Part shown: piece by piece, positions 46,950 to 57,774 of the stretch | Layout of the letters: the number at the start of each line of letters is the position of its first letter | How positions within the stretch are numbered: position 1 is the stretch's first letter | The notes under the pieces: model-generated | Databases searched by the model: none | What the model saw: the letters and a program-made list of their open reading frames with translations, nothing else | What the model was told of the DNA's origin: nothing | From: Salisapilia sapeloensis CBS 127946 | Lineage: Eukaryota > Protista > Oomycota | Assembly: GCA_023334545.1 (NCBI GenBank) | Contig: JAADVB010000013.1 | Location: forward strand, 75,863 to 139,862 | DNA length: 64,000 nucleotides | Reading direction: 5' to 3' | Made by a program: the position numbers and the translations under genes

Positions 46950-48666
46950 TGTTCGGTGCTTTTTGGGAAATGATGCCGTGCGACTTGAACGAATGTGACA
47001 AACGCAAGCGAGATGTGTAAGATGCGACCATTCGAGATTGTAGGATACTTGCTGCATTACGCACGGATCAACTCTTCTCTGGTCTTCAACTGTACTCAGG
47101 AAGTCAGAAAAGGTACAAAAAGCAATATTTTCGATTTTATAGATACTAATGGTCCCATCGTGAAGGAAAACTTGAACGAAGAGCCGCGTATGTTCTAGCT
47201 ATAATCAATGTTTAATTGTTAAAGTAAACGTTTTCCGTAGTATATCCTAAGATTAGTCATGATATAAGCATACATATCTTGCTGAAGTCAATCAATCTGT
47301 ACCTTCAAGTATGATCCGTATCTTGCTGCAGTCTGATCTAGTTGAAGGGCATGCAATAGCTGTTACTTGGTGGATGGTCGGGAGTAAGTGTTGTTTTATC
47401 GATCATGCTAGCAGAAACCCAGCGAGGGCACATAGTAAGTAATTTTATTGTCTGAGATGGCATGCATATGTGAACTTCTTCCGTTTTGCAGATAATCTAG
47501 TCCTGATGCGCTATTCAAATAGCTACTGCGGGCAAGGCAATTGGTTTGTGTGGGCGTAAAGTCTACGTAGTAAACGGTCTGGTCTAGTCTGGCTCTATGC
47601 TACCGGCACAAATTCGTATACGACATAATAGCCTGGCAAAGGCCAAGGAGGTTGTACGGAGTAGCCAACTGTATAAACTTAAAAGGGCGAAAAGCTTCCT
47701 AGTATAAATGTGCTACCTTGAGGTGTCTAAGTACGTTTGAATTTATCGAAAATTAAACCTTCATTTTCTACTTCCCGTGATGAACTATTTGAGATGTCAG
47801 AGGATGAACTAGTGGACATTAACACCCCGAATCACTCTAGATAAAAGTTCCGTGTCAATTGTAGTTGCTTTAGTATTAAATTTGCTTCGTCCTCACCATC
47901 ACTGCCATGGAGTCCATATCCAGTATCGTCGCATACCTGTCGCTAGTATCCTTTGCTTCGAACAACATCATGTCCAACGCGACTTTTTGCGATGTAGACA
48001 CTTTGCTTAATACGAATTTGTCCACAGAAGAAAGCAATCACGTCGCCAACATCAACGTAGTCGCTGATAGTGAGGCTCCGGCAACGGTATTTCTCGATAA
48101 AATAAGTAAAATATTTACGGTATATTGTGTGACGTCTTACTTGAGACTAAGTAGCGATCACTAGTATCCAGCACATTTATAGGCGCATCATAGGTCACAT
48201 CAGGCAGTAGAAAATTGGATGCCGATTGCGCTCTAAGGAGTTTACCATTGTTTTATCAAAACCATCCAGTTTCCGTAGCAGACGTAATAGTGCACGTCAG
48301 AGAGCAAATATGTAGTCCTAGGTCGATAAATATACGGAAGAAGATGGCACCTTTAAATTGGTCATTCGTATGAAATTCAAGGAGGTAAATGATTATAGCG
48401 AAGCAGTGGTATGGTATTGCGTGCCAACGAAATCATCGAGTTGATCCTGTCCAGGCTATATGCCTGTACTGACTAGTTACGAACATTTGCCAACACGCAG
48501 GAATAATCCTGTGAAGCGTGAAGTGGTGCGAACGCTATGGGATCGGTAAGTCTGACACGAATGCAACGATGAGAAAATTTGTAAAGGGAATGGTCTCACT
48601 TTTAAACTTGATATTGATCTACCAGGTCTTCCAGAGAGTCTTCCAGCCAGTACAAATTTCTTTAGC

Positions 48667-49779
48667 ATGACATCTTTACAATTCCCACCGGCACTACGAG
48701 ACGGAGATTGTATTGCATTTGTCTCTCCATCCTCCTGTCTTGCCAGTCTTGTTCCTCATCGACTCGACAAGGCAAAGAGATTCTTCGAGAACAGGGGCTT
48801 TCGAGTTAAAATTTACCCGTCTGTCCAGCGTACTCCGGACGAAAACCACGCTATACTGAAGACCCAAGATCCAGACACACATGCGTTGCATCATGTTGGC
48901 TACAGCTCTGCAGATGCGTCTATCCAAGCCCAAGATCTCATGGATGCATTTCTTGATCCTGAAGTCAAAGCTATCGTGTGTGCAATTGGTGGTCTAACGT
49001 GCCATGAGCTCCTAGAGTATCTCGACTTTGATGCAATTCGCTCCCATCCGAAAATCTTCTGTGGCTACTCAGATGTCACTTCACTGCATATTGCGCTCGC
49101 TGCAAAAGCCAACCTCTGTACATTCTACGGTCCCGCTGCAGTCAGTCAATTCGGTGAATTTCCAAAGCCGATGGAGTACACCTTAAAAGTGTTCTTTGCA
49201 GCTGTCCAATCGACATCTCCATTGGGTGCTATCTTACCGTCGTCTGAATGGACTGACGATAAAACTGCGAATTGGATGACCAAGGAGGATATCGAGTACG
49301 AGGAAGTATACCAGAAGAATGAGGGATATCGATGGATTCGACAAGGCTCATCGCAAGGACCAATCCTAGGTGGCTGCTTACCAACGATGCTCAATACGCG
49401 TGGTAGCGAATTTCAAATGGACTTCACGGACTCTATCTTGCTGCTAGAGACTCCTGAAGGTATTCAGTTTGACCAACCAATTCCTCTTGACAGAGCAAAC
49501 GCTTGCCTTGGTTGCCTTCGACTAGACGGTACGCTTCGCAATGTACGTGGTATTGTAATCGGACGGTGTTTTGCCTATACTCCGGATCAAGTAGAAGAGT
49601 TTATACGCCTCATCAAATACCACACGCGAGGCTATGAATATCCGATACTCTATGGCATCGACATTGGTCACACGAACCCGGTTGCTACCATCCCACTAGG
49701 CTGTACTGGCTACTTGGATTCATCCAACCCAAACGCATTTACGATAATGGAGAGTGGTGTCTCTGCTCCTAACAAGTAA
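48667..49779 (+). CDS. Peptidase S66 (LD-carboxypeptidase A / microcin C immunity MccF-like), intronless
   Basis: GDCIAFVSPSS, AIVCAIGG, IFCGYSDVT (nucleophile Ser), FYGP, LGGCL, ILLLET (Glu) and DIGHTNP (His). The Ser-Glu-His triad is complete and there is no signal peptide. Confidence 0.9.
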   Translation: MTSLQFPPALRDGDCIAFVSPSSCLASLVPHRLDKAKRFFENRGFRVKIYPSVQRTPDENHAILKTQDPDTHALHHVGYSSADASIQAQDLMDAFLDPEVKAIVCAIGGLTCHELLEYLDFDAIRSHPKIFCGYSDVTSLHIALAAKANLCTFYGPAAVSQFGEFPKPMEYTLKVFFAAVQSTSPLGAILPSSEWTDDKTANWMTKEDIEYEEVYQKNEGYRWIRQGSSQGPILGGCLPTMLNTRGSEFQMDFTDSILLLETPEGIQFDQPIPLDRANACLGCLRLDGTLRNVRGIVIGRCFAYTPDQVEEFIRLIKYHTRGYEYPILYGIDIGHTNPVATIPLGCTGYLDSSNPNAFTIMESGVSAPNK

Positions 49780-49899
49780 ATTGATATCAACATCTACTAG
49801 ATGTTGAGTACTTCAGTCGAATTTATCGAGAAAGATCACCATTTTGCTATTATCAAGTACTAGTGATCTCTACTTCATGCTTTCAGAGTGCAATTGACC

Positions 49900-50709
49900 T
49901 CACAGGAGTTTTCCAACGACAGGGTACTTGGAATCGAACTTTGCTTCCCAATCCGCCAGCGTCTTTTGCTGCTTTTCATCCAAGTCTGTCAAAGAAGGAT
50001 CATCTAGGTGCTGCTGGTCGAACGACATCATGGCCAGCGCCTTGGACACATCCCTTCCAGCAAATTTCTCATACGATCCGCCGGGGCCGTAGTGCTTGGC
50101 GCCATCTAGCGTCACGTCGTAGATCTTGCCATTCAAGCCGACGTACACGGTCTTCCTTTTGTTATCTTTTCCGTTGAAAGCCTTTAATTGCTCTCTCGTG
50201 AGGTCTTGATGACGCAAGATACGCCCAACGTTCGGATAACTGTTGTAGACAGAGAATTTCATGACCCAGTCCTGCAGCGCTTCTTCATCCATACTGTTCA
50301 GATCCGATAGGTCTTCATTATCCAGGTCTTCAGGCTCAAACGAAAGCTTGGCCAACGCTCGGGACGCGTCTCGACCGGCAAATAGGTGGTAACTTGCTCC
50401 TGGACCATAGAAATCACGCTTGAGACTGACATCGTAGATTTCATCTAAGACACCAATGTAGATCGGGTTGCCATCTTCGCCAGTGTATGCTTTGAGTTCA
50501 TCCAATGTAAAGTACGTGCGTTGGATGTCTGGTTGTTTACGAGCTGCTTCCGCCGCGTCACGACGTGCCTTGGCTTCAGCATACGCACGAGCGTGGGAGG
50601 CTTCGACGGAAGCATTCACGTACTTGACGACGAGAACAGTTATAAGCGCGATGCCAGCACCAACGACGAGGTTGCTGTTCCCATTCGTAGCATTCCCAAT
50701 CCACTCCAT
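49900..50709 (-). CDS. Membrane-associated progesterone receptor (MAPR/PGRMC/Dap1)-type protein with two tandem cytochrome-b5-like heme/steroid-binding domains
   Basis: N-terminal transmembrane helix. Domain 1: FTLDELKAYTG..FYGPGASYHLFAGRDASRALA. Domain 2: LTREQLKAFNG..HYGPGGSYEKFAGRDVSKALA. Each ends in YP.VG. Confidence 0.9.
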   Translation of the reverse strand: MEWIGNATNGNSNLVVGAGIALITVLVVKYVNASVEASHARAYAEAKARRDAAEAARKQPDIQRTYFTLDELKAYTGEDGNPIYIGVLDEIYDVSLKRDFYGPGASYHLFAGRDASRALAKLSFEPEDLDNEDLSDLNSMDEEALQDWVMKFSVYNSYPNVGRILRHQDLTREQLKAFNGKDNKRKTVYVGLNGKIYDVTLDGAKHYGPGGSYEKFAGRDVSKALAMMSFDQQHLDDPSLTDLDEKQQKTLADWEAKFDSKYPVVGKLL

Positions 50710-51035
50710 TGTGCTCGATTTCCCGTCAATCGGATTATGGTCTATCTCTACACAGATAAGATAACGTTACCGACTATGAACACCTCCCTTCTCAACGAAC
50801 GCAAGCGTGCTGCATACAACTTAGGACTGCGTTTCATTATTCTTTATAAGATTATTCACGAAGAAGGTGTTCATGTATGTAGCAAAGTTTCAGGAGGTAT
50901 AATCAAGAGAAGCAATATGGACAGGATCGTCTCAGACAGGATACACGTTCGAATTTGTGTATCCCAATCGGTATCGTTACGAATTTCGAATCGTACTTGA
51001 TCGGACGATATCAATTAATTTGACAAGTGCCGAAT

Positions 51036-53453
51036 ATGCGTCGGCTGGTGGTAGCGACTCGGCCTCTGCGGCCTCGATATGGCCATCGCTTCTCGACTGC
51101 AGTGGCAACACCACCTCCTGAACCTCCTATTGAGGCTAAGCCAGCAAGAAAGCGCAAGCTGACTTCTGTAACAACAGAAGATATTGATAAAAGTCTTCTC
51201 GTTGGTCTGACGCAAGCTGATCAAGAGCATCTACCAGTAAATTTGATCCAAGACAAAGCTGGTGCGAAGCGAGTGTTGGACATTATCAAAGAGCTAGGTC
51301 CAAATCACTTCCATGCTTGTGACACAGAAGTAGGTCAGATCGATATCAAAGCCGTTGGTCCCGTTGGCAATGGTCAAGTGACCTGCCTCTCACTCTACAG
51401 TGGTCCAGACGTAGACTTTGGCAATGGGCCGTACGTATGGGTAGACAACTTGGACAGTGCCGAAGGGACGTTGGAATACTTTCGAGAGTTTCTAGAAAGC
51501 AAAAGCATGCGTAAAGTCTGGCACAACTATAGCTTCGATCGGCATGTACTGTCCAATCACGGTTTGGACGTCCAAGGGCTTGGAGGAGATACTATGCACA
51601 TGGCTCGTCTCTGGAATACAGCTCGGTTCGCCAAAGGCGGGTACTCGCTCGAAGCGTTAACGCATGATTTATTACTGCAGCGAAAGAAGCCGATGAAAGA
51701 GTTATTCGGCGTCCCAAAGCTCAAGAAGGATGGATCTGACGGGAAAGAAAAGGTCATGCCAAGCGTAGAAGAGCTGCAGCGGTTCCCCGAGTTCCGACAG
51801 CGATGGATTCGATACAGTGTCTACGATGCCGAAAGCACGTGGTTCTTGCATCGCGTCTTGCAGCATAAGCTAGACGAAACGTTCTGGTGTGAAGAGCAGG
51901 GAGTGACAAAGTCCATGTATGACTTTTATAAGCAGTACCTCATTCCGTTCGGTGAATGTCTTACGGACATTGAGCGAAAAGGCATGCACGTAGACCTGGA
52001 CTACTTGGCACATGTAGAGCAACTAGCGACAGAAGAGCGAGAGCGGTTGGAGAAAGGAGCACTGCATTGGGCCAAACGGTACTGCGAAGAAGCAGACCGT
52101 ATGAACGTCCATAGCTCCGCTCAGAAGCAGCAGCTGCTGTTTGCACCGTACACAGACATGAGTAAGACGCCTCCAAAGGAGATTCTACCGGCGGAAAGGA
52201 GCTTTGAAGTGGAGAACATTGAAGGGTACATTGAGCCAGGGAAAGAGAAGGCGAAGAAGAAGAGGAGCATTACGATCAAAGGCCTCGGCATCGAACCGAA
52301 GCAGTTTACAGCTAGTGGACTCCCTGCTGCTAGTTCCGACGTGCTCAAGGAACTAGCAGGAGATCCGGATGCCTCACCCCCTTCGTATGGTCGTGCTTAC
52401 GACCACTTTAAGGACCCGGAAGAAGGCGCGGAAGCATGTAGAGCCTTGCGATCGTTGTACGACATGAGTAGCATCAACACGATGCTGAACAACTTCATCC
52501 AGCCTCTGCAAGCCCTCGCAGACGACTACTCTCGCGTCCACTGCTCACTGAATCTGAACACCGACACAGGTCGATTGTCCTCTCGTAAGCCGAATTTGCA
52601 GAACCAACCGGCACTCGACAAGGACCGATACAAGATCCGAGATGCGTTTACTGCTCCCAAGGGCAAGAAGCTCATTGTCGCAGATTACTCGCAGCTGGAA
52701 CTACGTCTGATGGCACACGTCACACAGTGTCGAGCGATGATTGATGCTTTCCGTATGGGCGGAGACTTCCACTCTCGAACAGCCATGGGTATGTATCCGT
52801 ATGTGGCAGATGCAGTGTCGAAAGGAGAAGCCTTGTTGGAGTGGGACTCTTCAACTGGTGAAGCACCGACCGCTCCATTGCTGAAGGATAAGTTTGCTTG
52901 GGAGAGGAAGAATGCCAAAGTCCTGAATTTTTCCATTGCATACGGTAAGACGCCGTATGGACTGTCGAAAGACTTTGGTGTTAGCCGAAAGGAAGCTGCG
53001 GAGACGTTGGATCGATGGTATGAAGATCGACAGGAAGTTCGACAGTGGCAAGAGCAAGCGATACAGACAGCAAGGCTCTTTGGATACACTCGGACGCTCA
53101 TGGGACGATACCGTCGGCTACCGGATGCCATGTTGAAAGGTCGAACGATGGCGGAGAAAAAGGCTCGGTCGCATGCGGAACGAGCGGCGATTAATACCCC
53201 GATCCAAGGTGCGGCAGCAGACGTCGTGATGCTCGCGATGCTGCATGTCCACCAGCACGAGCGACTCAAGGAGCTCGGGTGGGAGATGGTGTGTCAGATC
53301 CATGACGAGATCATTGTCGAGGGACCGGAAGAGTCGGTGGAGGAAGCCATGGCGATCGTCGTGGACTTGATGGAGCATCCGTTTGAACAACCACTGTCGG
53401 TGGATCTAGAGGTGGATGCCAAGGTGGATGATTCATGGTATAAAGCCAAGTAG
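51036..53453 (+). CDS. POP: Organellar family-A DNA polymerase (POP type, mitochondrial) with proofreading exonuclease
   Basis: Arg-rich transit-like N-terminus. Exonuclease motifs HACDTEV..IDIK, VWHNYSFDRH and YSVYDA. Polymerase motifs A DYSQLELR, B RKNAKVLNFSIAYG and C QIHDE. Confidence 0.92.
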   Translation: MRRLVVATRPLRPRYGHRFSTAVATPPPEPPIEAKPARKRKLTSVTTEDIDKSLLVGLTQADQEHLPVNLIQDKAGAKRVLDIIKELGPNHFHACDTEVGQIDIKAVGPVGNGQVTCLSLYSGPDVDFGNGPYVWVDNLDSAEGTLEYFREFLESKSMRKVWHNYSFDRHVLSNHGLDVQGLGGDTMHMARLWNTARFAKGGYSLEALTHDLLLQRKKPMKELFGVPKLKKDGSDGKEKVMPSVEELQRFPEFRQRWIRYSVYDAESTWFLHRVLQHKLDETFWCEEQGVTKSMYDFYKQYLIPFGECLTDIERKGMHVDLDYLAHVEQLATEERERLEKGALHWAKRYCEEADRMNVHSSAQKQQLLFAPYTDMSKTPPKEILPAERSFEVENIEGYIEPGKEKAKKKRSITIKGLGIEPKQFTASGLPAASSDVLKELAGDPDASPPSYGRAYDHFKDPEEGAEACRALRSLYDMSSINTMLNNFIQPLQALADDYSRVHCSLNLNTDTGRLSSRKPNLQNQPALDKDRYKIRDAFTAPKGKKLIVADYSQLELRLMAHVTQCRAMIDAFRMGGDFHSRTAMGMYPYVADAVSKGEALLEWDSSTGEAPTAPLLKDKFAWERKNAKVLNFSIAYGKTPYGLSKDFGVSRKEAAETLDRWYEDRQEVRQWQEQAIQTARLFGYTRTLMGRYRRLPDAMLKGRTMAEKKARSHAERAAINTPIQGAAADVVMLAMLHVHQHERLKELGWEMVCQIHDEIIVEGPEESVEEAMAIVVDLMEHPFEQPLSVDLEVDAKVDDSWYKAK

Positions 53454-53482
53454 ACGAAATGTAGCAAAGAATTGTTTTCAAG

Positions 53483-54573
53483 TTATTCCTTTTTCGTGAA
53501 ACTCGAGAGTTGCACCAAGTCTGGGGCGAAGAGACCTGCCGAAGTGAAGCTGAGGAACCACGTGAATGGGCCGATGAACGGCAGCTCCAAAAGTGCGCCG
53601 AAGACGAGACCAAAGCCAAGGCGTGCAGAGTCACTGCTACCTTCGCGCCACATCTTCCACACTTTATCCTTCTTCTTATCCTCATCGGTTTCACCCTTAG
53701 ATACCTTCAAACGGGAGACGATTGGGTCGAACAACTCGCGGTTGACCGCACGGGAATCCAACCAGACACGAACGGTCCACTTGGCCAGCCAACGCGTTTC
53801 GTCAAAGATGAAGCCCATGGCGATAGGAATACCAAATACTAGATCCATACGTCGGAGCTTGTATCCAAACTCGATGAAAGGAAGGATGCCACCAAAGATC
53901 GGATACGCGATGCCACCGAGGATGCCGAAACTAGCTTGGCGCGCGCAGAACTTGAAGAGATGGATAAAGTACTCCCAATCCCAAAAGACAGCTTTCTGCT
54001 TGCGGATAGCTTCTGCAAGCGGAGCGTCGCGCACAGCTAGTCCACCGAAGAAAGCGTCTTCAAAGATGCGGAGGTTGAAGTAGCGGCAGCCAGCAATGAG
54101 CATGATCGGGATGGTCGTACCGGCGGCTTCACGGAAGCCACGAATGTACTTGGAGGCCTCTCCTTGCTCAAAGATGAGAGATTGCAGCCATTCCAATGGT
54201 AGAACGATCGCGTAGATGACGGCAATGATTACGAATGTTGCGATAAATAAATGCTTGGCATGGCTAGTGGGTCATTAATATAGACGCTAGCGTGGTGTAG
54301 AGTGACTATTGTACCGAGAAAAGAGACGGCGCAGATCCTTATCCGTTAGCGCTCGTGTGGCACCCACGACTGCATGCGACGAAGACCACATGAGTAAATG
54401 TCTTGATGCATACGATACCAGTGCTAATACTTACCAGCAGATGCAGCGCCCAGGGTAAAGCGCTCTGTCCATCCTTTTACGGTTGTTACAGAAGTCTTCA
54501 TGAGCTCTTCTCGACGTTGCTTGCGCTGTTTGGACGCTTCGTCCGCATGTTCTTTCGCATGTACTTGGGCCAT
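53483..54573 (-). CDS. Multi-pass membrane protein, EI24/RRT8-LDS-like
   Basis: An intron at 54370-54434 and a second at about 54264-54316 extend the ORF to MAQVHAK. The C-terminal GFGLVFGALLELPFIGPFTWF..SAGLF resembles the RRT8/LDS/EI24 pattern. The family call is tentative. Confidence 0.5.
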
Positions 54574-54844
54574 CTTGGCAATTCGAGGAATGATCTGCCA
54601 AAAAAGTTTTGTGCGTATCCGTCCCATAAAACGCTATGTTCATACATAGATAAGGTATAATTTCGATGTCATTATTATGGGCATATGGGTCTGTCTCACA
54701 AGTGCCGGCTTTGTACCCAAGTTACTGCATCCAAAGCCAAGTTTCCACACGACATCGTATGAACATACTGCATTCCTTTCTGCTCACCTTATCCTACTAA
54801 AGTAAAAAAAACGTTGACAACTATTCCAAGACTCAATGTCAAGC

Positions 54845-57182
54845 TTATGGAGAATGGTCCTCAGGCTTGGGCTCCTTGCTGCTCGCCGCTCGCTTGCGAC
54901 GACGGTGACGGACGATGCAACATGCGCCGAGCGCTATTAAAAGCACACCTCCCGCACAGCCTGCGATGAGTACAGGCAGGAAACTATTGACGAGCATTCG
55001 GATTGTCTTGAAGTAGTTGGATAAGTCATCCGAGATCAACGCATTCTCTTCTCCCCAGTAGTTCGGGACGATCACGTCGACGGTCAAATTCGGGTGCAAT
55101 AAATCAGACAAAGACGAACCCTTAATGAAATTCGACTTGGGAAGAGCATACGAAGCCATCAATCGGTTGTAAGCACGCATCGTCTGTCCTGTCCCAGCTT
55201 CAATGTCCATAAACGTCTGATACCTTTCGCTGTATTCGTCCTTGAGCTTGCCACCACTATTGTACATGGTGTCTCGACTCACAACTTTACCATCTGTCAT
55301 GGTAATCTCAATAGCATCTAGAAGCGAAGAATTTCCATAGAGGAACATTGGGAAAGAGACATAGGCGTAGAAGCCACTGGTGAAGGCCATGCTCTGGACA
55401 CCATCCACTGGTGTCCCTGTGCCCATGTCCATGTTCTCTTCTGTCCCATCCAGAAGCGTCTCTGATGGCGAGAAACGATGTAACGTGATGTCCTTGTACT
55501 TGACTGTGTCTTCCTGCTCGAACAATGTCACGTTCTGGTACGCTTGGATGACGTACATGTTATTGGAGCTCGGGATATCCGAACCGAAGCCCAAGAGATC
55601 GACACCGCCTGGAGGTACTCCGAGGCCAGCATTACCCTTCACAGCGCTGCAAGTGAGGTTCTCAGGTGGATTATCGCAGTTGCTGTAGCCGGCAAAGTTG
55701 CGCAATTCGATAATGGTCGGATCCTTTCGACTTCCGAATTTAACCCACAACGGTGTGCTCGTAAAACCATCGTACTGTTCATACTCGCCAAGCATACTCG
55801 GATCGTCACACCCTGTATGTGTGATGTACGTGTTCAAAGAGGCTGCATCCGGCGCTTTTTTCGAGTAGTCCATTCCGTTGTCGGACACTGCGCCAGGAAG
55901 AGGTGCAGCACACAGTCCTACTTGTTCACATAGACCACAAGTGCCTTTTGCGAAGGCAGCAGCCTCTTCTTCACCATAAGCCTCTGCATAGATAGCCTCG
56001 ATGCGTCCACATGTTGCATTGTTCATCTCCACGACATTCTTTCCTGTTTTACACTCGTTACAGTTGGCAAAGATCGCGTCACATTCATCGCCTTGGCAAC
56101 TTTCACACTTAGCATTATACCCATCGTCACCTTGACAGTCATTCACATAAGTGGAGCCGAGACCGAGTCCAGCTAACATGCTCGGGTACCCGATTGCCCA
56201 CTGGTGGACAGTCCGACGAACAAAGAGACCGTTGTAGGCAAAGCCCTCCATGGTAATGCCTGCAAGAGCATCGATGCCGCCTGTTAGGAACGAGAGGACA
56301 CGTCCGTCGGAGCCTACGTTACGCATGGCCTCGGGATCAAGTGAGTTAAGGCCATTCACCCACTTCATAATGTCCGTGCCGTTACTTTCAATGGTGCGTA
56401 CAATATCGGAGCCTCGCATAGAAGGACCAAAGGTGCCTTTAATGAGCTCAAGCACAAACGCCCGTTCTCCGCCTGCTTGAGTGATCACGTTCAAGTAACC
56501 GAGATCGTAATTGACGATGACATCTTCCTCTGTACAACCATCACAGCTTCTGTCCGAGTCGAACGTATGGTACCGATAGCGCTTGTAGCTGACAGTTTTC
56601 TTATCATCCGAAAGCTTGACGTCGAGTTTGATTTCTCGTCTGCGATAGACATACGGCCCAATTTCCTGTAGCTGTAATTTGTCTCCGTTGTTCAAGTATG
56701 CCTCGGCGTTCGTGGCGTTGAACATTGTCAGCGAGTAGTAGAACGGGACACAGTCATCGCAATCACCGTAGGCGTCTGTGTATGAATCCTTGTCGTAGTC
56801 GCTGGGATCGCAGAGGAAGACACCGTTCGTGACTTCATCGTCTACGATGGAGGGGACCACCATGCTGTAAACGATAGCCACAGCGATGAGGATGACACCG
56901 AGGGCGATGCACAAGATGCCACCGACGAATCGTGTGCAGCACCTGCAGTGGCCACCCGACTCACGCTTTTGCTTCGGCTTCTTCTCTTTTTTTACCTTTT
57001 CTGCATTCGAAAAGTCGTCGGTCGAAGTAGCTGCCGGCGTTTCGACTATAATTTCATCGTCTTCCGGTGTCACGTGCGGAACGTACCTACGAAAGCATTC
57101 GAATAAGATTTTGACATGGATGCATTGAACGGTATCCTTACGCTTGATGTCCGGAGGGTGACGATACCGGAAGGGGGTCCAT
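54845..57182 (-). CDS. CD36/Croquemort-family scavenger receptor-like protein (oomycete M82-like)
   Basis: Two terminal transmembrane helices flank a Cys-rich ectodomain with FNATN..YL....QEIGPYVYRR and FPMFLYG. A 55-nt intron 57087-57141 gives the start MDPLPVSSPSGHQA at 57182, so the ORF-track N-terminus is probably spurious. Confidence 0.85.
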
Positions 57183-57774
57183 TGCAGTACCTCTGGCCAT
57201 GATGGAATAGTGTACCGCTGATAAGCTGGAGTGGCTCTGTCGAGATCAGACGTACTTGGTGGTCTGGAAGTCCAGAAGTGAAAGTGTGAGTAGCGTTGAC
57301 AGGTGAATGTAACTTCGTTTTTTATCCAGAGGATACGCAAAATTCGCTTTTGCCCAATTGTGATTGGCTCGCGCGGTCCTTTATGACCGAAGAGCTTCAA
57401 GTGACCTCGAAGAGGTACTGCAATATCGACGCTAGGAGAGCGAAGATGTGCTAGCTGCATTCTCTCTAACGCATACGAAGTGGGAGCTGCACATCAAAAA
57501 TATAGAACCTGATGTTTAGTGCGATTCGCTTTTCAACTTGAATGTGTCTAAAACCTGATTCGTATTTCGGCGCCCTGTCGGCATCGTGTTCTGGATACAT
57601 GGAACGAATAGATGATGAGTGCAACGCAGCGAAGTTAGGCCTAAATTGTACTTCCAAGAAGCTGCAAGTGACAAGCGTAAAACTCTAATGTACGTGCACC
57701 ACATAACTTTCTACCAGGACCTTTTCTTGTAACGGACAATCCGGAAGCTCTTGTCCACAGTGTTTGCCACGAAG

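Noticed and set aside
48000-48100. SET-domain-like string RSLTISDYVDVGDVIAFFCGQI
   Set aside because: No downstream NHSC/ELxFDY motifs were found in any frame I read; the resemblance is too short.
39170-48660. Transposon or endogenous-virus origin of the AT-rich block
   Set aside because: No RT, integrase, transposase, capsid, LTR or TIR features could be recognised by eye.
13990-49779. Functional linkage between the YbaK-fusion gene and the MccF-like peptidase (both related to aminoacyl chemistry)
   Set aside because: They are about 34 kb apart in a eukaryote with many unrelated genes between them, and nothing supports co-regulation.
51036-53453. POP polymerase as a novel or viral gene
   Set aside because: POP is the established organellar replicase of many non-opisthokont eukaryotes, including stramenopiles, so it is expected here.
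57183-57460. N-terminal ~90 aa of the 871-aa CD36-like ORF
   Set aside because: A clean 55-nt GTAAG..TAG intron and an ATG at 57182 give a more plausible start, so the upstream in-frame sequence is probably UTR or promoter.
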